The position numbers and the translations under genes are program-made. The notes under the pieces were generated by a model. The model was not told the origin of the DNA. It did no database searches and was given only the letters and a program-made list of their open reading frames with translations. Shown here in pieces: positions 25,899 to 33,532 of a DNA stretch of 33,977 nt (the first letter of the stretch is position 1; each line of letters starts with the position of its first letter). This DNA is from Candidatus Eiseniibacteriota bacterium. GTDB lineage: Bacteria; Eisenbacteria; RBG-16-71-46; DASYSL01. The stretch lies in assembly GCA_031431875.1 (NCBI GenBank), contig JANPEF010000076.1, positions 1-33,977 on the forward strand, written 5' to 3'.

Positions 25899-26519
25899 CT
25901 ACTCATCCTCTCCGCCGAACGCAAACTCCCAGCGCTTGTCCGGATCGTCGAATTGCACGCGCTCCGGATCGAACTCCGCAGGATCGTAGGCGCCGCCAAG
26001 CCACTCGAGCATGCTCTCGTTCTCGTCGTCTGCGGGGTTGGCGACGACTTCGAGAACATGTTCGTACCCCGGAGTTCCACCGCAGTCCTCGGGCGGGCAG
26101 GCGCGCGCGCCATCGACGCAACGCGGATACTTCGTGCGCGGAGTGCGCAACGCAATCGTCTCGAGCAGCACGTCGTGCGCCCAACCGTCGCCGAAGTCGT
26201 ACTTGTATTCCGCGGAGTCGCCGGGGAGCTGGAGGTACTGCACGATCGGAATCTCCCAGCCCGGCAGATGCGGCGGCAAGACCGGGAAGGGATCGTCGTC
26301 GGGGATGCCGATCGAGTCCAGCCTCCGGGTCTCGGGGTCCTGGATCCGGAACATGTGCAGGTGGGAGTCGCTCCAGCCCATCGCGTCCTGAATGGCGACA
26401 TGGAGATCCCAGAAGCTGCCCTCGGCGGGAACGACGATTCGTCGCCAAATCTCCGGCCGGATACCGCGCAGCGTGATCCGGAACTGGTAGACGAGGCGCC
26501 GTCGGGCTGGGGTGGTCAT
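25899..26519 (-). CDS. Plasmid pRiA4b ORF-3 family protein
   Basis: YQFRITLRGIRPEIWRRIVVP, LHVAIQDAMGWSDSHLHMF, YKYDFGDGW.H and CPPEDCGG motifs. Confidence 0.93.
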   Translation of the reverse strand: MTTPARRRLVYQFRITLRGIRPEIWRRIVVPAEGSFWDLHVAIQDAMGWSDSHLHMFRIQDPETRRLDSIGIPDDDPFPVLPPHLPGWEIPIVQYLQLPGDSAEYKYDFGDGWAHDVLLETIALRTPRTKYPRCVDGARACPPEDCGGTPGYEHVLEVVANPADDENESMLEWLGGAYDPAEFDPERVQFDDPDKRWEFAFGGEDE

Positions 26520-26689
26520 GGCGCGAATGATAGCCATTCACGGGTTGAAGTCGAGTGCGGGGCTTCCGCTGGTGCGGCGCTCGGACCATGGCCCGCCAGG
26601 TTACCCCGCGCGACATGCGCCTCCCACTGCTCCTGCCAGGCCAGTCCTGGCGCCCTGCTAAGATGTGCAGAACATGGTGCCCGACTTTG

Positions 26690-26773
26690 ACGCTGCGCAA
26701 GCAGCCGGCCGAGGCCGCGGGGCTGGATGCTGCGATTGCCGCTAACCTGAAGAAGCTCGGGTATGGGTGGTGA
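26690..26773 (+). pseudogene. hsdM: C-terminal relic of type I restriction-modification M subunit
   Basis: TLRKQPAEAAGLDAAIAANLKKLGYGW* resembles the typical HsdM terminal coiled coil. Confidence 0.65.
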
Positions 26774-26908
26774 CCTGGTGCCAAGCGCTCCCGGCGAGTT
26801 CCTCTTCTACCAGACTGCAGACGGACGGACCTGAGGGTCCGCATGGAAGGCGAGACCGTCTGGCTCTCCCAGCGCGACATGGCGGAGCTGTTCGAGACCA
26901 CCAAGCAG
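26763..26908 (+). pseudogene. rhuM: N-terminal relic of a RhuM-family protein, frameshifted and truncated
   Basis: ATG 26763 gives MGGDLVPSAPGEFLFYQTADGRT, then a shifted frame gives LRVRMEGETVWLSQRDMAELFETTKQ, the RhuM N-terminal signature. Confidence 0.8.
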
Positions 26909-26928
26909 GTCCACGTGGAGTCGTGCAG

Positions 26929-27438
26929 ATGGCGCGAGCAAAAGTGATCGAAGACATGACCGCGAAGTCCGCCCGGAACCATGCGGCGGACATCATCGAC
27001 GCAACGGATCGCCTGTGCGCCCTGCACCTGGATGCGGAGTACGCCGAACTTTGTCGGAAGCTCGTGGCCAAGCTTGCGCGAAAGCGCCCGTCGCCGCTGG
27101 CACGCGGGGAGGCGCGGGTGTGGGCGGGCGCCGTCCTCTACACCATCGCCGGGGTGAACTTCCTCTTCGACAAGACGCAGCGCCCTCACTGGACGTCCGA
27201 CGAGCTGGCCCGGGCGGCGGGCGTCGGCAAGAGCACCCTGAGCGCCCGGGCGGCGCTGATCCGCAAGGCGCTCGGAATCGTGCCCCTCGACCCGGAGTTC
27301 TGCCGGCGCGAGCTCCTGGCGGCCAATCCCCTCGCGTGGATGATCGAGGTCGACGGGATTCTCATCGATGCCCGCAGGCTTCCGCCGGAAGTGCAGGCCG
27401 AGCTCCGACGACGCGGCCTGATCCCCGACCTGACGTAG
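26929..27438 (+). CDS. DUF6398-family protein
   Basis: HLDAEYAELCRKLVAKLARKRPSPL.RG...WA...VNFLFDKTQ.PH...NPLAWMIEVDG...DAR motifs. Confidence 0.8.
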   Translation: MARAKVIEDMTAKSARNHAADIIDATDRLCALHLDAEYAELCRKLVAKLARKRPSPLARGEARVWAGAVLYTIAGVNFLFDKTQRPHWTSDELARAAGVGKSTLSARAALIRKALGIVPLDPEFCRRELLAANPLAWMIEVDGILIDARRLPPEVQAELRRRGLIPDLT

Positions 27439-27501
27439 GAGATCGTCGATGCAGATCAGCGCACGTCATGAGGGAGAATCTGCTTGAGGCGCCGTCCGAT
27501 C

Positions 27502-29076
27502 ATGACCGGCATCGACGTCAACGCGGCGCTCGCGGCGATGTCCGCCGACGAACTGCGCGAGGCCGTTCGCGACCTGCTGCTTGAGCTCGACGAGAAGGCC
27601 CACAGCCGCGTGATGGGTTCGCTCATCAACCGCGCGGCTCGCAGCGGGTCCGGTTGGGCGCCGGCGGCACTCAGCGACGCCGAGGTCGCCGAGGTGGTCG
27701 TTTTCGCGAAGGCTGCCGGGCGGGTCGGCCACGCCGACCCATCCGAGGTGGACGAGTATCTTCGCCGCGGGTCAACTGCGTTTCTCCGCAAGGACTACGC
27801 TGCCGCCCAAAGGATCTTCGGTGCCCTGCTTCGGCCAATCGGCGAAGGGGAGATCGACCTCGGCCAGCACGAGCTGGTGGACGAAGTGCTCGGCACCGAC
27901 ACGGGTGAGTGCGCAGCTCAGTACGTCGTCTCAGCGTACATGCTCTCCCCGCCGGCAGAACGCGCCGAGGCAGTCCGCGCGGCGATCGACGAGGTCCATG
28001 GCGTCGGGGACTTCTGGGAGCCCCTCCGGGTGATGGAGCGCGTGGCTGTCGAGCCGCTCCCGGGGCTCGATGACTTCCTCCGAGAGTGGCGGGCCCTCAT
28101 CGCGCGGAAGCCCGCCGACCTTCGCAAGAGCGACTGGGACACGGAGGAGGACCGTTGGCTGCGTGAGGTCGTCCAGCGTCTCGAGGGTTCCGACGGACTG
28201 GCGAAGATCGCGCGATCGACGAGGCGCGCCGACGATCTCGTCGCGTGGTGCAGCAGCTTGGTCGCCGCCGGCAACTGGAAGACCGCGCTTTCGGCATTCG
28301 AAGAGGCGGCCGGACTCGTCGCCGACAAGGAGTACGCGCGAGGCGAGCTCCTGGACGGTGCCGCGCGAGCTGCACAGGAGCTCGGTCGCGACGACCTGCC
28401 CGCGTGGCTCGAGCGTGCGTGGCGCGCCGGTCCGAACATGCTGCGGCTTTGCCGTTGGCTCGGATCGGCGGACAGCAAGGCAGCGATCCGAAAGCGCACA
28501 GCGAAAGCGCTCGAAGCGTGCCCGCAGCAGGCGGCCCGGCAGCGCGCGCTCCTCCACGTGTTGCAGGGCGACTTCGAGCCGGCCGCGAAGCTGCTCGCGG
28601 CAGCCCCGGGCCTCGGGTGGTCTGATGGCGAGCATCCCGGGCACCTGCTGTTTTCGTTGTTCGCGGGTCTCCTCGGCGGAAAGCGGAAGCCGCCGTTGCC
28701 GAGCGCCGAGCTGTTTTCGCACCGCGGGATGGACATCGAGGAGCTCGAGTTGATGACGGGCGATGGTGACGAGCCGAGGCTCGCCACCCCTGAGATCGAG
28801 CAGATCCTGAGAAACGCCGGCGTCGACGGCATTCCGAATGCCGCGGCCAGGAGCACGGTGCTGTTCGCCATGCGAGAGGCAGCCAAGAGTCGGTTGGCAG
28901 GAGTCACGGACCAGAAGCGGCGCCGCCACTATGGCCACGCGGCAGAGCTGGTCGCGGTCTGCGTCGGGTGTGACCGATCGCCGGAGACGGCTCGCTGGGC
29001 TGCTTCGCTCAGGACCGAGTTCCGGCGCTTTCCGGCGCTTCGCGCCGAGCTCGACAAGGCCCTGGGGGCGTCGTGA
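27502..29076 (+). CDS. Large alpha-helical hypothetical protein
   Basis: 524-aa ORF. The C-terminus RRRHYGHAA...FRRFPALRAELD resembles tails of SWIM-finger-associated helical proteins, but no SWIM motif is present. Confidence 0.8.
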   Translation: MTGIDVNAALAAMSADELREAVRDLLLELDEKAHSRVMGSLINRAARSGSGWAPAALSDAEVAEVVVFAKAAGRVGHADPSEVDEYLRRGSTAFLRKDYAAAQRIFGALLRPIGEGEIDLGQHELVDEVLGTDTGECAAQYVVSAYMLSPPAERAEAVRAAIDEVHGVGDFWEPLRVMERVAVEPLPGLDDFLREWRALIARKPADLRKSDWDTEEDRWLREVVQRLEGSDGLAKIARSTRRADDLVAWCSSLVAAGNWKTALSAFEEAAGLVADKEYARGELLDGAARAAQELGRDDLPAWLERAWRAGPNMLRLCRWLGSADSKAAIRKRTAKALEACPQQAARQRALLHVLQGDFEPAAKLLAAAPGLGWSDGEHPGHLLFSLFAGLLGGKRKPPLPSAELFSHRGMDIEELELMTGDGDEPRLATPEIEQILRNAGVDGIPNAAARSTVLFAMREAAKSRLAGVTDQKRRRHYGHAAELVAVCVGCDRSPETARWAASLRTEFRRFPALRAELDKALGAS

Positions 29077-30305
29077 GTACGAGGAAAGCCGCGCCGCGCG
29101 CCGAAGCCCACAAGTGGGAATTCAAGGCGCGCTTCCGCCGGCACGCATTCGGCTGGAGGTCGCAGCCGGCGATCACGCGCATCAAGCAGGCCGTCGCCGA
29201 GATCAAGAAGGTCGCCAGGAAGGAGCCGGTGCTCGCCGCCGAGGGCGCCGTCGCGTTCCTCGAGCGCATCTCGCCGGCGCTCGAGCACGTCGATAGCTCG
29301 TCGGGATCCATCGGAACCGCGGTCGACAACGCCATCGCGGTGCTGGTGCCGCTCATCGCGGACGCGCCGGCCGACGCGAAGACGCGCGACGGCTGGCTCG
29401 AGCGATTGTACGAGGCGCATCAGGCCGATGAGATCCCGTATATCGAGCAGCTCGCTGACCATTGGGGCGAGCTGTGCGCCTCGAAGGAAGTCGCATCGGC
29501 GTGGGCGGACAGGCTCATCGGCATCACGCGCATGGCGCTCAGTCCGGACAAGAACCTGCGCGGGCACTTTCACGGAACGTCGGCGTGTCTGAGCGTGCTC
29601 TATCGCGCCGAGCGCTTCGACGAGCTCGTCGATCTCGTGCGCGTCGATACCATCTGGCCCTACAAGCGGTGGGCCGTCAGGGCGATGGCTGCGAGCGGCA
29701 GGATGGTCGAAGCACTGCGTTACGCGGAGTCGTGCAGAAGCCCCTGGGCGAGTGACTACGCGGTCGACTCCGTGTGCGAGGAGATCCTCCACTCCTCGGG
29801 CATGATCGACGATGCCTACGCTCGCTACGGAGTTCGCGTGAACAAGAGCGGCACGTATCTCGCGACGTTTCGCGCCGTGTCGAAGAAGTACCCGCACAAG
29901 GCTGCGAGCGAGATCCTCGCCGACCTCGTGAAGACCACGCCGGGTGACGAGGGCAAGTGGTTCGCGGCGGCGAAGGACGCGGGGCTCTTCGACGAAGCAC
30001 TCACTCTCGCGAGCCGCGCGCCGTGCGATCCGAAGACACTCACACGGGCCGCGCGCGACTACGCCGAGACGCAGCCGGCGTTCGCCGTGGGGGCCGGGCT
30101 GCTCGCCCTCTCCTGGCTCGTGCAGGGCTACGGCTACGAGATCACCGGCGCCGACGTATGGGCAGCGTACCGGTCGACACTTGCTGCTGCCGAGCGACAC
30201 GGTCGTGCCGCCGAGGTGAAGGAGCGCGTTCGCAGGCTGGTCGCCGCCGAAGGCGCGGGCGAACGATTCGTGACGAAGGTCCTCGGCAGGGAGCTCGGGC
30301 TATGA
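29073..30305 (+). CDS. Conserved alpha-helical hypothetical protein
   Basis: 410 aa with a GTGA overlap to the upstream gene. Motifs KWEFKARFRRHAFGWRS, VDSSSGSIG and PGDEGKWFAAAK. Confidence 0.85.
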   Translation: MSTRKAAPRAEAHKWEFKARFRRHAFGWRSQPAITRIKQAVAEIKKVARKEPVLAAEGAVAFLERISPALEHVDSSSGSIGTAVDNAIAVLVPLIADAPADAKTRDGWLERLYEAHQADEIPYIEQLADHWGELCASKEVASAWADRLIGITRMALSPDKNLRGHFHGTSACLSVLYRAERFDELVDLVRVDTIWPYKRWAVRAMAASGRMVEALRYAESCRSPWASDYAVDSVCEEILHSSGMIDDAYARYGVRVNKSGTYLATFRAVSKKYPHKAASEILADLVKTTPGDEGKWFAAAKDAGLFDEALTLASRAPCDPKTLTRAARDYAETQPAFAVGAGLLALSWLVQGYGYEITGADVWAAYRSTLAAAERHGRAAEVKERVRRLVAAEGAGERFVTKVLGRELGL

Positions 30306-30482
30306 CGCGCAAGCGCCAGTGCCCCTTCCGCCGCCGAAGATCACGGGGGCCGCGCCGCGCGAGTCCACGCGGCCCGCAGAGTTGAACCCGGTGCATCGGG
30401 CGATGCTCCAGCACTACGGCGTGGTGGCCGACCCGTGCCGGGTCAGGGATCCCGATCGCAAGGGGACGCTGATCAGCGACAA

Positions 30483-30560
30483 CTAGAACTCCCGCATCTT
30501 CCCGATCAGGATCTGGGCCAGCCTGACTTCGGGGGTGACTTCGGGGGTAGCGTCCGCGGT
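30483..30560 (-). pseudogene. Short relic of an AlbA/RecG-C-type protein tail (PEVT repeats before a Fic-like C-terminal wHTH)
   Basis: ATPEVTPEVRLAQILIGKM, paralogous to the 30915-31125 relic. Confidence 0.65.
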
Positions 30561-30633
30561 CCTCGCTACCCTGGGTCGCCGCCTGACCGCTCGAAGCGCA
30601 GCGCTCCGCGGTCCCCGAGCACCACGCGCGCCA

Positions 30634-30858
30634 TCAGCCATTGATTTCGTCAATGTACTCACCCTGCTCGCAGGCGCGCTCGATCGCTGCATCGAGCCGC
30701 TCCAGGAGCGCCTCGGGCGATTCGCCGGGATCTCGCTCCAGGGCGGCGAGTTGCTGGTTCCCATCGCACGCAACCGCGGCGCAGTGAACCGGACCAATCC
30801 GTCCGATCGTGATTTCGCCGTGGCCGTCGATCAAGAGCTCGATGTTTTCAAGCCTCAT
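30634..30858 (-). CDS. Small acidic hypothetical protein (74 aa)
   Basis: Strong GAGGAGG RBS, then MRLENIELLIDGHGEITIGRIGPVHCAAVA...EYIDEING. Confidence 0.75.
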   Translation of the reverse strand: MRLENIELLIDGHGEITIGRIGPVHCAAVACDGNQQLAALERDPGESPEALLERLDAAIERACEQGEYIDEING

Positions 30859-30914
30859 GGCTCGCCTCCTCTGGAAACCGAGCAGATCCCGGACCTTGAA
30901 CGAGCGCAGAGTCC

Positions 30915-31125
30915 AACGCAGCGCGGGTTGCAGATGGGCTTCCCTGAAGTGGTCGTCGTCTTTCAGTCCCAGCGACCGCTGGAGCTGCTGCCGGGTCATC
31001 TCACCGATCAGGACCTGTACCAGTCGGACTTCCGGCGGGACTTCCGGGGTGACTTCCGGGGCCGCTGCGGGCCGGGCCCGATCAAGGATCTGGATGAACT
31101 GCCCGCCGCTCTGCCGAAACCCGGG
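30915..31125 (-). pseudogene. Relic of an AlbA_2/RecG-C regulator C-terminus with Fic-like C-terminal wHTH
   Basis: PGFRQSGGQFIQIL...APEVTPEVPPEVRLVQVLIGEMTRQQLQRSLGLKDDDHFREAHLQPAL, truncated at both ends. Confidence 0.7.
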
Positions 31126-31131
31126 CGCCGC

Positions 31132-32049
31132 TCAGCCCCAGGGTCCCCCGGGGGTCCAGCGCTTCTCGAATGACCCATGATCCCGCGCCGCATCGAGCGC
31201 CGGCTGGGCAAATCGCCGAATCGCGGCGACGACCTGAATCAGGTCCTCCTCCGTATTCGCGATCTGGTTCTTGTCGAGGAAAGCCCGCCACCTTCCCGCG
31301 TGCGTTGCGCTCCTTCCGAACGAATCCGTGAGTCCGTCCAGAGGATCGGCAGGAATGCTCCGTTCCCTCCGGGCGAACGTACGCCGAATCGCTTCGACAA
31401 GGATTGGCCCATCGAAGGCGAGAGCGCGCGGCAATGCGAGGAGATCGTAGTAATCCTTCAGCCGGGTCGTGGCCTCCCCCAGAACGACCATGGCTTCCAG
31501 CTTTTCCGCGATCGTCGTGTAGGGCGTGTACGCGTGCACCAGCGACATGGGCATGCCGAGAAGACCTCCGGGGGACAGCTCCTCCGGGGCTGGATAGATC
31601 GCGTCGCCCAGGCCGACATCGATCTGGTAGCGGAGCCTTGTCCTTCCAATCTGGGCGTCGAATCGTGCCCGCAAGCCAAGGACTCTCGACTCGGCGCGAA
31701 TCGCCCGGATCTCGATCGAATCGGGGGCGTGAGTGATCCCATCGGCCTCGATGTCGAGCTCGATCAGATCGATCAGAAACCCACGCAGTTCCTCGTGCTG
31801 CAGATCGACGGGTCCGAGAAGATCGATATCCCGCGTCGGACGGGTGTCCTCGCCGAGCCAGTGCCTCAGGAGAAGCGCGCCTTTGAGGACGAAGCGATCG
31901 CGATGCGGTGAGCTCCCCAGGCGATGGAGGAAGCGCTCGATCGCGTAGAGCTCGAGCAGTTCCGCGAATGGCCGATCACGCCGTCGCGCTTCGTTCTTGA
32001 GGCGAGTCAAGATCGAGTGGGCCAGGCCGCTGGCGCCGGACGGGCTCAC
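31132..32049 (-). CDS. abiEii: Type IV TA nucleotidyltransferase toxin, AbiEii/AbiGii family
   Basis: ERFLHRL, FVLKGALL, RPTRDIDL, QIDVGLGD, IAEKLEAM and RLKDYYDL motifs. GTGA overlap with the antitoxin. Confidence 0.92.
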   Translation of the reverse strand: MSPSGASGLAHSILTRLKNEARRRDRPFAELLELYAIERFLHRLGSSPHRDRFVLKGALLLRHWLGEDTRPTRDIDLLGPVDLQHEELRGFLIDLIELDIEADGITHAPDSIEIRAIRAESRVLGLRARFDAQIGRTRLRYQIDVGLGDAIYPAPEELSPGGLLGMPMSLVHAYTPYTTIAEKLEAMVVLGEATTRLKDYYDLLALPRALAFDGPILVEAIRRTFARRERSIPADPLDGLTDSFGRSATHAGRWRAFLDKNQIANTEEDLIQVVAAIRRFAQPALDAARDHGSFEKRWTPGGPWG

Positions 32050-32654
32050 TGGAGCGCCTCCAGGTAGGGACGCATGATCCGTTCGACACGGCAGACGCGC
32101 GCGGCGCGCAGAAGTTCGGCCGGCGTGGTCTTCCGCTCCTCGAGACCCGTGCGGAGGGCCTCGACTGCAACCTGGATTCCGAGACGATTGCGGAAGCGGA
32201 AGCAATCGGCGATCGATTTCGCGGCACCGTACACGCGAAGGCGAACGCCGTCGCGCACGTGTTCCTCGACTCCCGAGCCGAACGTGGCCGCGGAGAAGCG
32301 ATAGACCCGCAGGGGCGGCCAGTCGAGTCTCGGTCGCGCCGTGCCGGCCGGCAGGGCAATGCTCACCTCGTGCGGGATCTCCGTCGTCAGCCCGTGAAGG
32401 TGGAGCGCGGAGACCAGGGCAATGACCGCCCTGGGAACGCGCAGGGCGACGGCGACCAGGTCGGGGCTCCCCAGCGGGGGATGATCCGCGAGGCGGTAGA
32501 CTCCCCGGCTGACCTGATCGATGGTGCCGTCGTCGCGCATCCGATAGAGGTCTCGCGGGTGGATGCCGGCGCGGAGCGCCTCCCCCGTTCGCAGGAGACC
32601 GCCCGAGGCCTCGAAGGCAGCTCGGATCCTGGCGGTTCGCGGTTCGCGTTTCAT
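32046..32654 (-). CDS. abiEi: Type IV TA antitoxin, AbiEi family
   Basis: GLLRTGEA, VSRGVYRL, SALHLHGLTTEIP and KSIADCFRFRNRLG motifs. Confidence 0.92.
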   Translation of the reverse strand: MKREPRTARIRAAFEASGGLLRTGEALRAGIHPRDLYRMRDDGTIDQVSRGVYRLADHPPLGSPDLVAVALRVPRAVIALVSALHLHGLTTEIPHEVSIALPAGTARPRLDWPPLRVYRFSAATFGSGVEEHVRDGVRLRVYGAAKSIADCFRFRNRLGIQVAVEALRTGLEERKTTPAELLRAARVCRVERIMRPYLEALQ

Positions 32655-32704
32655 GACTGGATAGTACTCGATATACTTATTTATAACTAGATCGTTATTT
32701 ATCC
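32655..32704 (-). promoter_or_regulatory. AT-rich abiE promoter with imperfect inverted repeat
   Basis: GGATA...CGAT / ATCG...TATCC arms. Minus-strand TACTAT lies 6 nt before the ATG. Confidence 0.6.
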
Positions 32705-32799
32705 ACTCCCGTCGGAGCCCGCAGGTCGGGAGCGCGTCGCTGAGCCCGTGATGGAGGACCATGTGCCTCTTGGACCGGGGGCGAACTTCGGAGGAACGA

Positions 32800-32873
32800 C
32801 TCTGGCAATGCACCGCCTGCTCCTCGTGAAGCGCAAGTTCGAGGACGTCGTTCGACTCGGCGTAGACTCTCAA
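32800..32873 (-). pseudogene. N-terminal relic of a PIN-domain protein
   Basis: GAGGA + TTG overlapping the upstream stop gives LRVYAESNDVLELALHEEQAVHC, resembling a PIN first strand and helix. Similarity is lost afterwards. Confidence 0.55.
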
Positions 32874-33313
32874 TTCCTCGTGGCTGAGCGGAGGCGGGCA
32901 CCCTTCACGACATCGAACAGACCGGAGTCCTTCATCCAGCTCGGCACGTGCTCTGGGCCCGGCGCATTGACAAGCTCCGACAACCACCCGTAGACGAAGA
33001 GTTTCAGGGAGCTTCCGCTGCTGGATTCGGACGTCGGTCCGAGGCTGTCGAAGTACGGCTGAAGCAGGGGCCGGGCGTCCGCGACAAAGTCGGGACTGGT
33101 TTCGGCTCCGCCGTTCTTCGGTCCCCACAGGTAGAACGTATCGGTGCACGCGAGCAGAAAGTAGGTTCCCTTGGGCATGTCATCATGCCTGAGCAGGTTG
33201 CGCCGGAACTGCGAGGCCCACTCGTCCGACGTCGCCGACCGCCCCTTGACCTCGACAACCAGGGTCGGGGTTCCATCCGCGCGCTCAACGGTGAAGTCCG
33301 GCTGCGTGCTCAT
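32870..33313 (-). CDS. Hypothetical protein with PD-(D/E)xK nuclease-like motif
   Basis: QPDFTV...LVVEVKGR near the N-terminus, then WASQFRRNL. Confidence 0.75.
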   Translation of the reverse strand: MSTQPDFTVERADGTPTLVVEVKGRSATSDEWASQFRRNLLRHDDMPKGTYFLLACTDTFYLWGPKNGGAETSPDFVADARPLLQPYFDSLGPTSESSSGSSLKLFVYGWLSELVNAPGPEHVPSWMKDSGLFDVVKGARLRSATRN

Positions 33314-33532
33314 GCGAGAAGTCTAGCACTCCACCGCGACCGGTGTCCCCGGGTCGTCAGAGCAATCTCCCCATCGATCGCGAACACCTGGCTCCCTTTG
33401 CGTGAAAGCGTCGTTCCACCGACGGTCACCGTCGGCCGATCGACGGTTCCCCATTGCCTCCGCCGCCCCCACCCGCGAAACTCTCCCGGAGCTCACGCCG
33501 CCTGCAACCCGCACCCACCCCCCGGAGCCCCC

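Noticed and set aside
30525..31062. CRISPR-like or iteron-like direct repeats (GACTTC(C/G)GGGGT)
   Set aside because: These are 12-bp in-frame repeats encoding PEVT within gene relics, with no spacers or cas genes.
32748..32993. 81-aa plus-strand ORF as a real gene
   Set aside because: It is antisense to the PD-(D/E)xK gene end and the PIN relic, which explain the sequence better.
33323..33349. CIRCE (HrcA) operator, from the TAGCACTC half-site
   Set aside because: The right arm GAGTGCTAA is absent and no chaperone gene is adjacent.
33419..33435. Palindrome CCGACGGT-C-ACCGTCGG in the divergent spacer
   Set aside because: Single GC-rich copy with no second instance in the window. It could be an operator, but chance cannot be excluded.
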